Shown here one piece after another: positions 1 through 8,969 of a DNA stretch of 64,000 bases. The stretch comes from a virus: positions 55,754 through 119,753 of the IMG/VR virus record IMGVR_UViG_3300036820_000004; one strand, written 5' to 3'. The position numbers and the translations under genes are program-made. The number at the start of each line of letters is the position of its first letter. Positions within the stretch are counted from its first letter, which is position 1. Below the pieces are notes generated by a model, which did no database searches, was not told where the DNA came from, and saw nothing but the letters and a program-made list of their open reading frames with translations.

Positions 1-129
1 TGACGTGGGCGCAGATCGGTTCCGCGCTCCTCGGCCGCCCCGATCCCCGGCTCGCGAAGAAGCACGCCCGGATGCTGGCCCGGGCCGCGAACCGGAAAGC
101 CGCCGCGTCGATCAGCCTGGAGGGACTCG

Positions 130-429
130 ATGCCTGACCGCCTCGTTATCACGTGTCCTGAGCATGGCTGCCCGCTCGTCCCCTCCCTTGCCGACCCGGT
201 CATGCTCTACTGCCCGCAAGACGCCGCCTGCGACACCTCTGTCCGCATCTTCGCGTCAGATGCCCCGCTGTTCCCCTCCTCGCCCATGACCGAGCTTGAG
301 CAGGGCGGTGCTCAGCAGCACGAGTTCGTGCTCTCCCGTGTCGCTGCGGGGTTCTCGCGAACGGAGGCCATGCAGATCCTCTGCTGCATCGTCTCGGCCG
401 GGATCATGAAGGGATCCGGTGATGGCTGA
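130..429 (+). CDS. hypothetical phage protein
   Basis: 99-aa ORF, GGAGGG upstream, CxxH/C motifs. Confidence 0.5.
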   Translation: MPDRLVITCPEHGCPLVPSLADPVMLYCPQDAACDTSVRIFASDAPLFPSSPMTELEQGGAQQHEFVLSRVAAGFSRTEAMQILCCIVSAGIMKGSGDG

Positions 430-621
430 CCCGCCAGGCACGTTCCGCCGCATCGACGACCCGCAAGCCGAGGTAGAACGGCTCGCCCGCGAGCGGCAGA
501 TAGCAGCGGGCCAGGTCTGCGCCGAAGTGGTCCGCCGTGACGGCTGCCCGATGCGCCGCCTGCCGCCGCGCAGCCGCGCCCACGACCCTGACCACTGCGA
601 CCGCGCATGGGGGGGCTGACC

Positions 622-1218
622 ATGGCTGACGACGACGCCTACCTGGCCGCTGACGCGCAGGACCGCCGCGCTGCCCTCGCTGCCGCTGTTGACCTGGCCT
701 CCCGCCGCGGCGACATCGGCTTCCACCACGACGCCGACCCCCACTGGCTTCACCTCGCGGACTCGGCCTACCGCTGGCTCCGCAACCGCGACACCCTGCA
801 CGTCGTCTCCGTGGCGATCACGCCCGGAACCCCTTTCAAGGAAGGAACTACCGCCATGACCGCCACCTTCACCCTCGACGACACCGATGAGGTCGTCTTC
901 TCCCTGACCGGCCAGGACGCCAAGGGCGCCGCGGTGCCGCTGCCCGACGGTTTCACCGCCGCCTGGACGCTGGCCGACCCGGACTCGACGGGTGCCGTCC
1001 TCACCGCGTCCGCGGACACCACGACCGCGACCCTGGCCGCCGGGGTGCCGGACTCGAACCTGATGGTGTCGGTCGTCGTGACCATCACCAACCCGGACGG
1101 GTCGGCCACGACCCTGAACGGCGCCGAGGCCGTCATCGTCCAGGCCACCGCCGCGACCACGGTGGGCCTGGTCGCCGGCACGCCGTCCGCTGAGCCCCCG
1201 GCCGCGCCCTCAGCCTGA
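622..1218 (+). CDS. hypothetical protein with beta-rich, possibly Ig-like C-terminal domain
   Basis: Strong GC3 bias; second in-frame ATG at 856 preceded by AAGGAAGGA. Confidence 0.6.
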   Translation: MADDDAYLAADAQDRRAALAAAVDLASRRGDIGFHHDADPHWLHLADSAYRWLRNRDTLHVVSVAITPGTPFKEGTTAMTATFTLDDTDEVVFSLTGQDAKGAAVPLPDGFTAAWTLADPDSTGAVLTASADTTTATLAAGVPDSNLMVSVVVTITNPDGSATTLNGAEAVIVQATAATTVGLVAGTPSAEPPAAPSA

Positions 1219-1290
1219 CAGCGCGGGGCCGCGCCGGGCTGGTGCGGGGAGACCGGCGCGGCCCCGTCAGGTCAGGCATGATGGGACAGC

Positions 1291-1596
1291 ATGAGCGAGG
1301 AAGACGAGATGGCCGATGTCGTACAGGCGCAGGTTCTCCGGGCGTTCGGGTTGAAGCCCTGGGATGCTGGCCTGGCAGCTGTCCCGCTGCGCATCCGGAT
1401 CTGGCGTGCGGTCACCCGCGCCTACCAGCGCGGCAAGGCCATCGACTGGCGCTCATACAACGCGGCCGACGCTGCGGCCCGCGCTGCCATCGAGGCTTAT
1501 AAGGCCGCGCTTCCCGGCCGCGCGCAGGAGATCGCGGACGAGCTCAGCGAGGACCTGCCGCCGGGGATGCGGTTCGAGTGGGTGCCCAATGACTGA
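1291..1596 (+). CDS. hypothetical protein
   Basis: 101-aa ORF overlapping the next start. Confidence 0.5.
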   Translation: MSEEDEMADVVQAQVLRAFGLKPWDAGLAAVPLRIRIWRAVTRAYQRGKAIDWRSYNAADAAARAAIEAYKAALPGRAQEIADELSEDLPPGMRFEWVPND

Positions 1597-2185
1597 CGAC
1601 GCCGCAGGCCACCTCCTGCACAACATCCTGAACCCGCCATCCCGGCCCGGACCGCCGTACACGCATACCATCGACCTGAGTCCTCCTGACCCGGCCGAGG
1701 CCGTGGCGTGGCTGCGCAAACAGATCAAGGACGACAAGGTAGCCGCCGAGGCGGCCACACCCGGCCCGTGGGCATGGGAAGCAACTGGCGAGAAGGACAG
1801 TTCCTGGGCGGTCGGCCTAGTCCAGGACGAATACGGGAACACGCTCAGCGCCCAGATCGAGCCCGGCGAGGGAATCATCATCGACGGGGTCTGTGAAGGG
1901 ATCGACGGGAACCTTGCCGATGCTGCGCACATCACGCTGCACAATCCAGCCGACGTAATCGCTGATTGCGAAGCCAAGCTGGCCATCCTGGACGCCTGCC
2001 AGCCAGACGCGGCGATGGATGCCGCTCTGGAGGACGGCGACATCTCCACCGGGGAGTACGTGAGCACCGAGGCAACAGGTGCCCACATCCTGCGCCTCCT
2101 CGCTGCGGGTTTCCGCCGCCGCGACGGCTACTCCCGCTACTGGGGTGACCCGGTAACCCACACCATCACCGAGGACGGGCAGTGA
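1589..2185 (+). CDS. DUF6221-like actinophage protein
   Basis: AATPGPW...DAAHITLHNPADVIADCEAKLAILD...LRLLA...GY pattern. Confidence 0.6.
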   Translation: MTDDAAGHLLHNILNPPSRPGPPYTHTIDLSPPDPAEAVAWLRKQIKDDKVAAEAATPGPWAWEATGEKDSSWAVGLVQDEYGNTLSAQIEPGEGIIIDGVCEGIDGNLADAAHITLHNPADVIADCEAKLAILDACQPDAAMDAALEDGDISTGEYVSTEATGAHILRLLAAGFRRRDGYSRYWGDPVTHTITEDGQ

Positions 2186-2514
2186 CCAGCGGCGAACTGG
2201 CACGGGGCGCCCTCTGCCTGGACGGTTGCGACCGGATCGACATCCACGCTGGCGGTACTTGCGAGCGGGATGGTCAGCCGCTGGTTCCCGGCCCGCTTGA
2301 CATAATGCACCGTCACCCGGACATCCCGGTGTTCACGCCGATCCGCAATGAGGGCGTCCTCATCTACGACATGGTGCTGCCGAAGTGGCCCGGGCCCGAG
2401 GGCGTTCCCTGGACCCCGATGCGGAATGCCTTCGCCCGCTGGCATTCGGGCAAAATCTGCTACACCCTGCCGTCCGGCAACATAGTCCACGTCAAACCAG
2501 ACTGCCGCTGCTGA
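2182..2514 (+). CDS. hypothetical protein
   Basis: GTGA overlap with upstream stop. Confidence 0.5.
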   Translation: MTSGELARGALCLDGCDRIDIHAGGTCERDGQPLVPGPLDIMHRHPDIPVFTPIRNEGVLIYDMVLPKWPGPEGVPWTPMRNAFARWHSGKICYTLPSGNIVHVKPDCRC

Positions 2515-2535
2515 CGTTCGATGCTGGAGGTGACC

Positions 2536-5500
2536 ATGGCCTCCCCTTCGGCCATCCTCGCAGCGAGCAAATCCATGCCCGGCGGGGGCCGGCCGAACCC
2601 GGGCCCCCAGCAGCAGCAAGGCCCTTACATCGGCCGCATGTCCCCGCTGGTGCAGCAACTCAACAATGAGCATGGATATGCGAATACGTATGGCGGCTTT
2701 TTGCCGAGGCCGCCGCAGACGTTTACCGATGGCGCATTCAGCCCGTTCTCGCCGATCATGCCGGTGCCGATTGATGCGCCACCACCTGGCTTCGAGCGGC
2801 CAGAACCCCGGCGATTCGCCTACGAGGTAGGTTACAACCTTCCTATCGGCGACCCGGGCACTGAGGGCGGCTACAAGCTCGCCCCGTTCTCGGTGCTCAA
2901 GTCGCTGTCGAAGAACTACTCGATCGCGCGGCGCTGCATCCAGCTAGTGAAAAAGGAAGTCTGCGGCCTGGACTGGGACATCACCCTCACCTCCCACGCG
3001 GAGAAGGCCTACCAGGGTGACCATGAGGCGCAGCGGGACTTCGGGGAACGGCGCGCGAAGGCGATGCGGTTTTTCCGCAAGCCGGACCCGAACTACTTCG
3101 ACTTCACGTCGTGGATGTCGGCGATGCTGGAGCAGATCCTCACCATCGACGCCCTGAGCTTGTACCTGTGCCCGAAGAAGGGCACCGGGATGGGCCGGGG
3201 CCTGCTCGGCTCGGACCTGGACGGCTTGTGGTGCATCGACGGGGCGACGATCCGGCCGCTGCTGAACCTGCACGGCGGCATGCCCGTCCCCCCCGCGCCC
3301 GCCTACCAGCAGTACGAGTACGGCGTGCCCCGCGCTGATTTCACGACGGTGATGGCCGGCCTGGACCTGCCCGAGATCGCCGGCGGGGAACGCGGGGCTT
3401 ACCGCGGCGACCAGCTGGTCTACCTGCCGATGTGCCCGTTCCCTGACTCGCCGTACGGGTTCTCCCCGACCGAGCAGGCGCTGGTCCCGATCCTGACCGG
3501 GCTCCGCAAGCAGGGCTACCAGCTGGAGTTCTTCACCGAGGGCACCGTGCCCGCGGTTTATATTTCACCAGGCGATACATCCATGACTCCCAATCAGGTA
3601 AGGGAGCTTCAGGATGCATTGAATGCGGTCGCGAACGACCAGGCATTTCATTGGAAAGTCATTGTTTTGCCGCCTGGAAGCAAAACAATGCCACAAAAGC
3701 CTAATGATATTGTCGACCAGAGCGACGAGTGGATCGCCAACGAGGTCTGCATGATGTACGGCGTCTCCCCCATGGACGTCGGCATCCTCCCCAAGGTGTC
3801 CACCGTGGCCAGCCCGTTCGCGGCGCGGGAAATGGCGCAGGCCAGCCGCACCAACCAGGAGAAGACCGACACCACGCCGCTGCTGAAGTTCATCGCCTCG
3901 ATCCCGAACTTCATCCTCCAGATCGTGTGCGACCAGCCGGACATGGAGTTCTCGTTCGAGGGCATGCGCGAGGTCCAGGACGAGGCGGCGCTGACCGACA
4001 CCTACGTCAAGCAGGCGCAGATCGGTGTCCGGTCGGTCGACGAGTTCCGCGACAAGATCGGCCTGCCGCCGTGGGGCCTGGACGAGACGAGCGGCCCGCT
4101 GGTGTTCACGCCGATGGGACCGATCCCCCTGTCGGAGGCCGTGTCGATCGCGCAGGCGCAGGCACAGGCCAAGGCACTGCCGCCCGGGTCGTCCGGCGCC
4201 AAAAAGCCCGCGGTGACCGCGAAGCCGCTGCCGTCCGGCACCGTCACCGGGCGGCAGCGCGCCCGCGGCGGTGCCGCGCTCACCCCGGCGCACGCCGCGT
4301 CCGAAGGGTTCATGCCCGAACGGTCGGCCAAGAAGCCCTCGGCGGGCCCGGCTCACGCCCAGGCGTCAGTTAAGGCGACGCTGGCCGAACTGGAGGCCCT
4401 GACCCGGCACCTGCGCAAGGGACGCCTGATCTCCACATGGGAAGCCCGGCATCTCGAGCCCCGCGCGCTGTCGCTGATCGCCGAGCAGATGGCGAAGGGC
4501 ATGGACGCCGAGCAGGCCGCGGGCCTGGTGAAGACCATCGTCCTGCCGCCCGCGTCCTACCAGTGGGCAGAGAAGGCCCGGCACGAGCAGTCCCCGCAGG
4601 CTCAGATCCAGGCGCAGCAACTGGCCCTGGAGCAGGAGTACACGCGGCGGATCGAGGCCGCGTTCGCGTCCGCTGCCGCCGCGGCGGCGAAACTCATCGC
4701 CGCGTGGGGCGCGGGCACTCTCGCCGTGACTACCGCGGTCCTCGCCGGGCTCATCGCCGCCGAGTTGCGCAAGGCGCTGACGGCAGCGCTGAGCGGCCTG
4801 TGGGCCGACGCGTGGGCGCACGGCGAAGCCGAAGCAGGCGGATCCGCTGGCGGGGCGCTGGAAGCGTTCCTCGGCACCGTCGGCCGGCAGGTGCAGGAGT
4901 GGGTCAGCGAAACCAACGTCGCCGCCATCATCGCCGACCTGCGGGACCTGGCCGGCCTGAAACGCAAGGCCCTGATCGCCGCGCTGCTGCGACTCCTCAA
5001 GGCAGATGAGCGGGCCGAACTCATCGCTGTCACCGAGCTGATGCGCGCCTGGAACCAGGCCGTTCTCGCCGTCTGGAAGCTGCTCGGGGTCACCTATAAG
5101 GGCTGGCAGACCCGCAACGACGCCAAGGTGTGTTTCCCCGCAGGTACGCCCGTGGCGACGCCGACTGGCGAAGTGCCGATCGAGCGGCTAAAGCCCGGGG
5201 ATCTCGTCATCACGCCAGAGGGGCAGCGTCCCGTCATTGCCACCATGGAGCGCCTGTACACAGGTGGCCTTACGGTGATTCAGGCGGAAGGCCGGACGGT
5301 CACGGCGACTGACAATCACCGGTTCATGACCACCAACGGCTGGCGCAAGGCTGCCGACCTCAAGCCCGGGGACCTCCTCAAGTCGCTTGAGGACGAGTCG
5401 GCAGAGATTGGCAGCGTCGTTCACTTCTCGCTCGCCCAGCCGGATGACGTGCCAGCCGAGGCGGCCAAGTTCCGCATCGCGGATGGCGTCCTTGGCCGCA

Positions 5501-7776
5501 GTCCGCTGGTGCCAGTACTCGCCGTCGGCCTCAATGGCGACGGCGAGACTGGTGAGCGCGAAGTCGATCGTCCAGCGGCTCACGTCAAGTTCGGGCGTGA
5601 ACTCAAGGCGCAGCAGGGTGAGCGCCTGACGGACGCGGAACTCCAGCATGGTCTCGCCCGTAAACTTGCGGTAGCAACTGCGGGAGCAGAACTGCCGATC
5701 GGCAGCGGCAAGGCCCGGCTGCGTGCGGAAGGTGACACTGCACGTCTTGCAGGTGAGGTAGACCGGTGGCCGGCGGCATTCCTCGGAACAGAACCGCCTG
5801 TTGAGATGCTTCTCAGCCCGGAAACGCGTTCCGCAGCGGTCACAGTCGACGTACTTGGTCTCGGCAGTGGTACATGCCCGCGAGCACGTCCTGTAGCGCT
5901 CGGCGGTGGACTGGCTGACGGTGAAGTCCTTGCCGCAGACAATGCAGGTCTTCGTGACCTTGCAACTGTCCTCGTAGCACGCCCGGGAGCAGTGGATCTT
6001 GGTCTTGTTATTGAGCCTGCCGGGGCGGAAGACGATGCCGCAGCCCGGGCAAGTGCGTTCGGCGTGGACGCGCGTAGCGGTGTGATAGCACTCGTTGGAG
6101 CAGAAGACTCGGGGGCTCCGGGTGCGCTGAGCACGCACGACGATTTTGCTGCACTGGGCGCATTGGTAAGTGAATGGCACGGACAGGCTTCCCCCATTCA
6201 AGCCATTATCGTTAATCACCCGCTTACAGTTTACAATGTCAGCGTTGAAACGGAGCCCGTTTACTACGCGAGTCGCTTCCTAGTTCACAATTGCGGGGAA
6301 TGCAAGGCCAACCAGGCGGCCGGCTCCATTCCCGTCGGTGCGCGTTTCCCCAGCGGCGACCTGATGCCGCCAGGACATCCGCGCTGCCGGTGTCATGCGA
6401 CCGCGCCCCCGCCCGGCTGGACACCCCCGGTCACGGCCGCGAACAAGAAGCGCAAGCGGGGCGTGAACCTGGACGGCGAAGTCGTTCTGGCCGACGCCAA
6501 GCCCGGAGACGAGAACCCTGCCGGCGGAGGTGGCCGCACCCTTTACCCGCACCGCCCTGACGGAACCGAGGTACCCGGGGGTGTTCCCGGCGCGTCTGCG
6601 GGAGGGGAGCCGCCGCGCTGGGACGCCTCCACCCCGGAACGCCGCGGCTACGTCAACACCTACGGCGAGGACGACGGCGACTGGCCTGAGCATGTCCGCG
6701 AGGTCGCGCCCAGGCCGGATCAGGACTACCCGGACGGCGGCGGCGAAGACGAGGACCTGTGGCCGGAAGGCGGCCACGGCACCGCCCAGCCCCCGGTGAC
6801 GTCGATCGGCGGCGGACCGCGCGGCCGGGCACCAAACGCGGTGGGCAAGGCCGCCGACGCTGCGGCACAGTTCCTGAAGGACGCGCCGAAGGCCAAGGCC
6901 AGCGCGGTGCGCAAGCTCATGCAGGAGAACTTCCCGCCGGACGCCCTCGCCTGGGTAGGTCGCGCCACATGGGTGGGCCCCGTTGAGATCCCGCTGGAAC
7001 TCATGGACCTGTCCGGCCGGAAGGGGTGGGCGGCGAGCCACCAGCAGGGCCACGTCAAGGCCATCGCCCGCGACCTGAAGGCCGGCCGGAAAGTCAACGA
7101 GATCATCGGCGTGCTGCGCCCGGGTCACAACCACGTCCGCCTTGTTGACGGCAGGCATCGCACCCTGGCCTGCGAGAAGAACAAGATGCCGGTCCGCGGC
7201 TACGTCGGGTTCCTGGACCGCGACTCCGACCTGGAAGCGGCGTATGACACCTACCACCAGCAGCATCACTTCGGGGACAGCCCGAAGAACAAGGCCGCAG
7301 GCTACGACCTGAGCCCGCGGTCGGGCATGATCTCCCTGGACCTGCCGGAAGGCCTCATCCAGCCGGTGCCCGGCGGCGTGGACGACCACCACGTGACGGT
7401 CGCCTACCTCGGCAAGGATGTGGACGATAGGGAGCTGGATATTGTGCTGGCGCAGGCACGCACCGCGGCCCGGCATGCTCCGGGCCCGCTGGCCGGGATG
7501 CTGTCCGGCATCGGCTCATTCCCGCCGTCCGATGGCAGTGACGGCATGGTGCCCGCGTTCGTCCCGGCCCGCATCCCCGGCGCGGAGAAGCTCCGCGCCG
7601 ACCTTGAGCACCTGTCGGCCAGCGAGCACAAGGACTGGGCGCCGCACGTCACCCTCGCCTACCTGCAGCCGGGTGAGCCGCTCCCGGCGCCGCATCCCCC
7701 GGTGCCGGTGACGTTCACCCACCTGTCAGTGCACCGGGGCGATGAGGTGTACCGGTTCCCGCTGGGTGGCGAGTGA
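2536..7776 (+). CDS. portal protein fused to MuF head-morphogenesis domain (intein-containing), ParB-like domain and C-terminal 2H phosphoesterase
   Basis: Portal motifs (IDGATIRP, YGFSPTEQAL, FFTEGTVP); MuF motifs (ERAELIAVTE, KGWQT...C..C...PPGHPRCRC); LVDGRHR; two HVT motifs (HHVTVAYLG, PHVTLAYL). GGAGG before ATG 2536; frame open from 2521. Confidence 0.85.
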   Translation: MASPSAILAASKSMPGGGRPNPGPQQQQGPYIGRMSPLVQQLNNEHGYANTYGGFLPRPPQTFTDGAFSPFSPIMPVPIDAPPPGFERPEPRRFAYEVGYNLPIGDPGTEGGYKLAPFSVLKSLSKNYSIARRCIQLVKKEVCGLDWDITLTSHAEKAYQGDHEAQRDFGERRAKAMRFFRKPDPNYFDFTSWMSAMLEQILTIDALSLYLCPKKGTGMGRGLLGSDLDGLWCIDGATIRPLLNLHGGMPVPPAPAYQQYEYGVPRADFTTVMAGLDLPEIAGGERGAYRGDQLVYLPMCPFPDSPYGFSPTEQALVPILTGLRKQGYQLEFFTEGTVPAVYISPGDTSMTPNQVRELQDALNAVANDQAFHWKVIVLPPGSKTMPQKPNDIVDQSDEWIANEVCMMYGVSPMDVGILPKVSTVASPFAAREMAQASRTNQEKTDTTPLLKFIASIPNFILQIVCDQPDMEFSFEGMREVQDEAALTDTYVKQAQIGVRSVDEFRDKIGLPPWGLDETSGPLVFTPMGPIPLSEAVSIAQAQAQAKALPPGSSGAKKPAVTAKPLPSGTVTGRQRARGGAALTPAHAASEGFMPERSAKKPSAGPAHAQASVKATLAELEALTRHLRKGRLISTWEARHLEPRALSLIAEQMAKGMDAEQAAGLVKTIVLPPASYQWAEKARHEQSPQAQIQAQQLALEQEYTRRIEAAFASAAAAAAKLIAAWGAGTLAVTTAVLAGLIAAELRKALTAALSGLWADAWAHGEAEAGGSAGGALEAFLGTVGRQVQEWVSETNVAAIIADLRDLAGLKRKALIAALLRLLKADERAELIAVTELMRAWNQAVLAVWKLLGVTYKGWQTRNDAKVCFPAGTPVATPTGEVPIERLKPGDLVITPEGQRPVIATMERLYTGGLTVIQAEGRTVTATDNHRFMTTNGWRKAADLKPGDLLKSLEDESAEIGSVVHFSLAQPDDVPAEAAKFRIADGVLGRSPLVPVLAVGLNGDGETGEREVDRPAAHVKFGRELKAQQGERLTDAELQHGLARKLAVATAGAELPIGSGKARLRAEGDTARLAGEVDRWPAAFLGTEPPVEMLLSPETRSAAVTVDVLGLGSGTCPRARPVALGGGLADGEVLAADNAGLRDLATVLVARPGAVDLGLVIEPAGAEDDAAARASAFGVDARSGVIALVGAEDSGAPGALSTHDDFAALGALVSEWHGQASPIQAIIVNHPLTVYNVSVETEPVYYASRFLVHNCGECKANQAAGSIPVGARFPSGDLMPPGHPRCRCHATAPPPGWTPPVTAANKKRKRGVNLDGEVVLADAKPGDENPAGGGGRTLYPHRPDGTEVPGGVPGASAGGEPPRWDASTPERRGYVNTYGEDDGDWPEHVREVAPRPDQDYPDGGGEDEDLWPEGGHGTAQPPVTSIGGGPRGRAPNAVGKAADAAAQFLKDAPKAKASAVRKLMQENFPPDALAWVGRATWVGPVEIPLELMDLSGRKGWAASHQQGHVKAIARDLKAGRKVNEIIGVLRPGHNHVRLVDGRHRTLACEKNKMPVRGYVGFLDRDSDLEAAYDTYHQQHHFGDSPKNKAAGYDLSPRSGMISLDLPEGLIQPVPGGVDDHHVTVAYLGKDVDDRELDIVLAQARTAARHAPGPLAGMLSGIGSFPPSDGSDGMVPAFVPARIPGAEKLRADLEHLSASEHKDWAPHVTLAYLQPGEPLPAPHPPVPVTFTHLSVHRGDEVYRFPLGGE
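5131..6291 (+). mobile_element. intein (387 aa) inserted just before the first Cys of the MuF CxxC motif
   Basis: Block A CFPAGTPV, block B TATDNHRF, block F VYNVSVE, block G LVHN followed by Cys +1; removal gives NDAKV-CGECKAN. Confidence 0.93.
5188..6180 (-). CDS. zinc-finger-repeat DUF559/Vsr-like endonuclease encoded antisense within the intein
   Basis: Five CxxC...CSxxC repeats, then IDFA...AIEADGEYWH...KDAIRDAEL...GWHVIRLGE; GTG 6180 preceded by GGGGGAAG; frame open from 6219. Confidence 0.85.
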   Translation of the reverse strand: MPFTYQCAQCSKIVVRAQRTRSPRVFCSNECYHTATRVHAERTCPGCGIVFRPGRLNNKTKIHCSRACYEDSCKVTKTCIVCGKDFTVSQSTAERYRTCSRACTTAETKYVDCDRCGTRFRAEKHLNRRFCSEECRRPPVYLTCKTCSVTFRTQPGLAAADRQFCSRSCYRKFTGETMLEFRVRQALTLLRLEFTPELDVSRWTIDFALTSLAVAIEADGEYWHQRTAAKDAIRDAELGRLGWHVIRLGEREVNDAANLCRLVLKRLEEVPGLEVGSLAPAVGGHEPVIVSRRDRPAFRLNHRKATCVQALHGGNDGTLPLWRDDEIPGL

Positions 7777-8087
7777 TGCTGGCTGATCCGGATCGGCCAT
7801 GCCTGCACGGGAACTTCAGGGCCGGTGTTGAGGTCAACCGCCTCAGCGACACCGAGAATGGCCCGGTCACGGGCTACGCGGCCGATATCAAGGTCTGGTG
7901 CGATGACTGCGGCGAGCCATTTCGCTGGATCGGAGTGCAGGCCGGCCTTGACCCGCGCAGGCCGATGTGTTCCGTGGACGAGACGGAACTTCGAGCACCG
8001 CTGCGGCCTGCATCCGCAGACCCGGACTTCGGTTTGGGCATCCCCGGCTTCGCGGTGACATGGCGCGAGGGTTCCGGCAATGGCTAG
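7773..8087 (+). CDS. hypothetical protein
   Basis: Overlaps portal stop; CxxC motif. Confidence 0.6.
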   Translation: MMLADPDRPCLHGNFRAGVEVNRLSDTENGPVTGYAADIKVWCDDCGEPFRWIGVQAGLDPRRPMCSVDETELRAPLRPASADPDFGLGIPGFAVTWREGSGNG

Positions 8088-8436
8088 CCGGGTCACCCTC
8101 ACCGCAGCCGAGCTAGCCGGGCTGGGCAAGTCGGCCGAGACCCCGGTCGTTTCCACGGTGCATCACCCGCTCGGCACTCACGGGCTCTGGCACACGCCCG
8201 GCAAGAAGGTGCCGGAGATGCAGCAACTCCCGGCGTATCACCAGAACACAGCGCGGGCGCTCATGCGCGACGAAGGCATGAGCGAGTCGCAGGCCATAGC
8301 GACTGCGATCAACGCCATCCGCGAATGGAAGGCAGGCCGCGCGTTCGGCGGCCGGGTGAAGGTGACACCGGAAGTGCAGGCCGCCGCGGCACGGGCCGAC
8401 GCCGAGTTCGAACGGCTGCGTGCCGCCCATCACTGA
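8080..8436 (+). CDS. hypothetical head-region protein
   Basis: 118-aa coupled ORF. Confidence 0.6.
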   Translation: MASRVTLTAAELAGLGKSAETPVVSTVHHPLGTHGLWHTPGKKVPEMQQLPAYHQNTARALMRDEGMSESQAIATAINAIREWKAGRAFGGRVKVTPEVQAAAARADAEFERLRAAHH

Positions 8437-8446
8437 GGAGGATCCT

Positions 8447-8668
8447 TTGGACTTCGGAGACGCGATCAGGGCGCTCAGGGCCGGCCAGCGGGTCACCCGC
8501 GCCGGGTGGAACGGCAAGAACATGTGGCTTGCGCTGCAGGTGCCGGACGCCAACTCCAAGATGACACTGCCTTACATCTACATGAGCACTGTCGCGGGAG
8601 ATCTGGTGCCCTGGCTGGCCAGCCAGACGGACATGCTCGCCGAGGACTGGGAACTCGCCCCGGCGTGA
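8447..8668 (+). CDS. DUF2829 / Tad2-like anti-defence nucleotide sponge
   Basis: FGDAIRAL.AG.RV.R.GWNGKNM...YIYM...VPWLASQTDMLAEDW signature; GAGGAGG before TTG 8447. Confidence 0.85.
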   Translation: MDFGDAIRALRAGQRVTRAGWNGKNMWLALQVPDANSKMTLPYIYMSTVAGDLVPWLASQTDMLAEDWELAPA

Positions 8669-8967
8669 GCAAGAAACACGGCGCCAAGCGCAAGCACCGT
8701 AAGAAGGCCGCCAAGCGCGTCCTGTGCGCCTCCTGCCGTCAGCCCGTCGACGAGCCCTGGGGCCTGCTCGCCTCCCTCGCCGCAGCCTTGAACGCCTGCG
8801 AGGACGCCGGGTACAAGGTGGTCCTCACCGGCTGGCAGGCCATCCACACCAAACGCGGCTACGTGCTGCGCCTGAAAGATCGCAGGTGGGCGGCAAGGAC
8901 CCAGGACTACGAGCCGTTCCCGGTCGCAGCCGGGGATGACGTGCTCGGCGACGGGATGGACGACTGA
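8665..8967 (+). CDS. hypothetical protein, paralog of 9964-10197
   Basis: GTGA overlap; LAAALNACEDAG motif. Confidence 0.55.
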   Translation: MSKKHGAKRKHRKKAAKRVLCASCRQPVDEPWGLLASLAAALNACEDAGYKVVLTGWQAIHTKRGYVLRLKDRRWAARTQDYEPFPVAAGDDVLGDGMDD

Positions 8968-8969
8968 GG

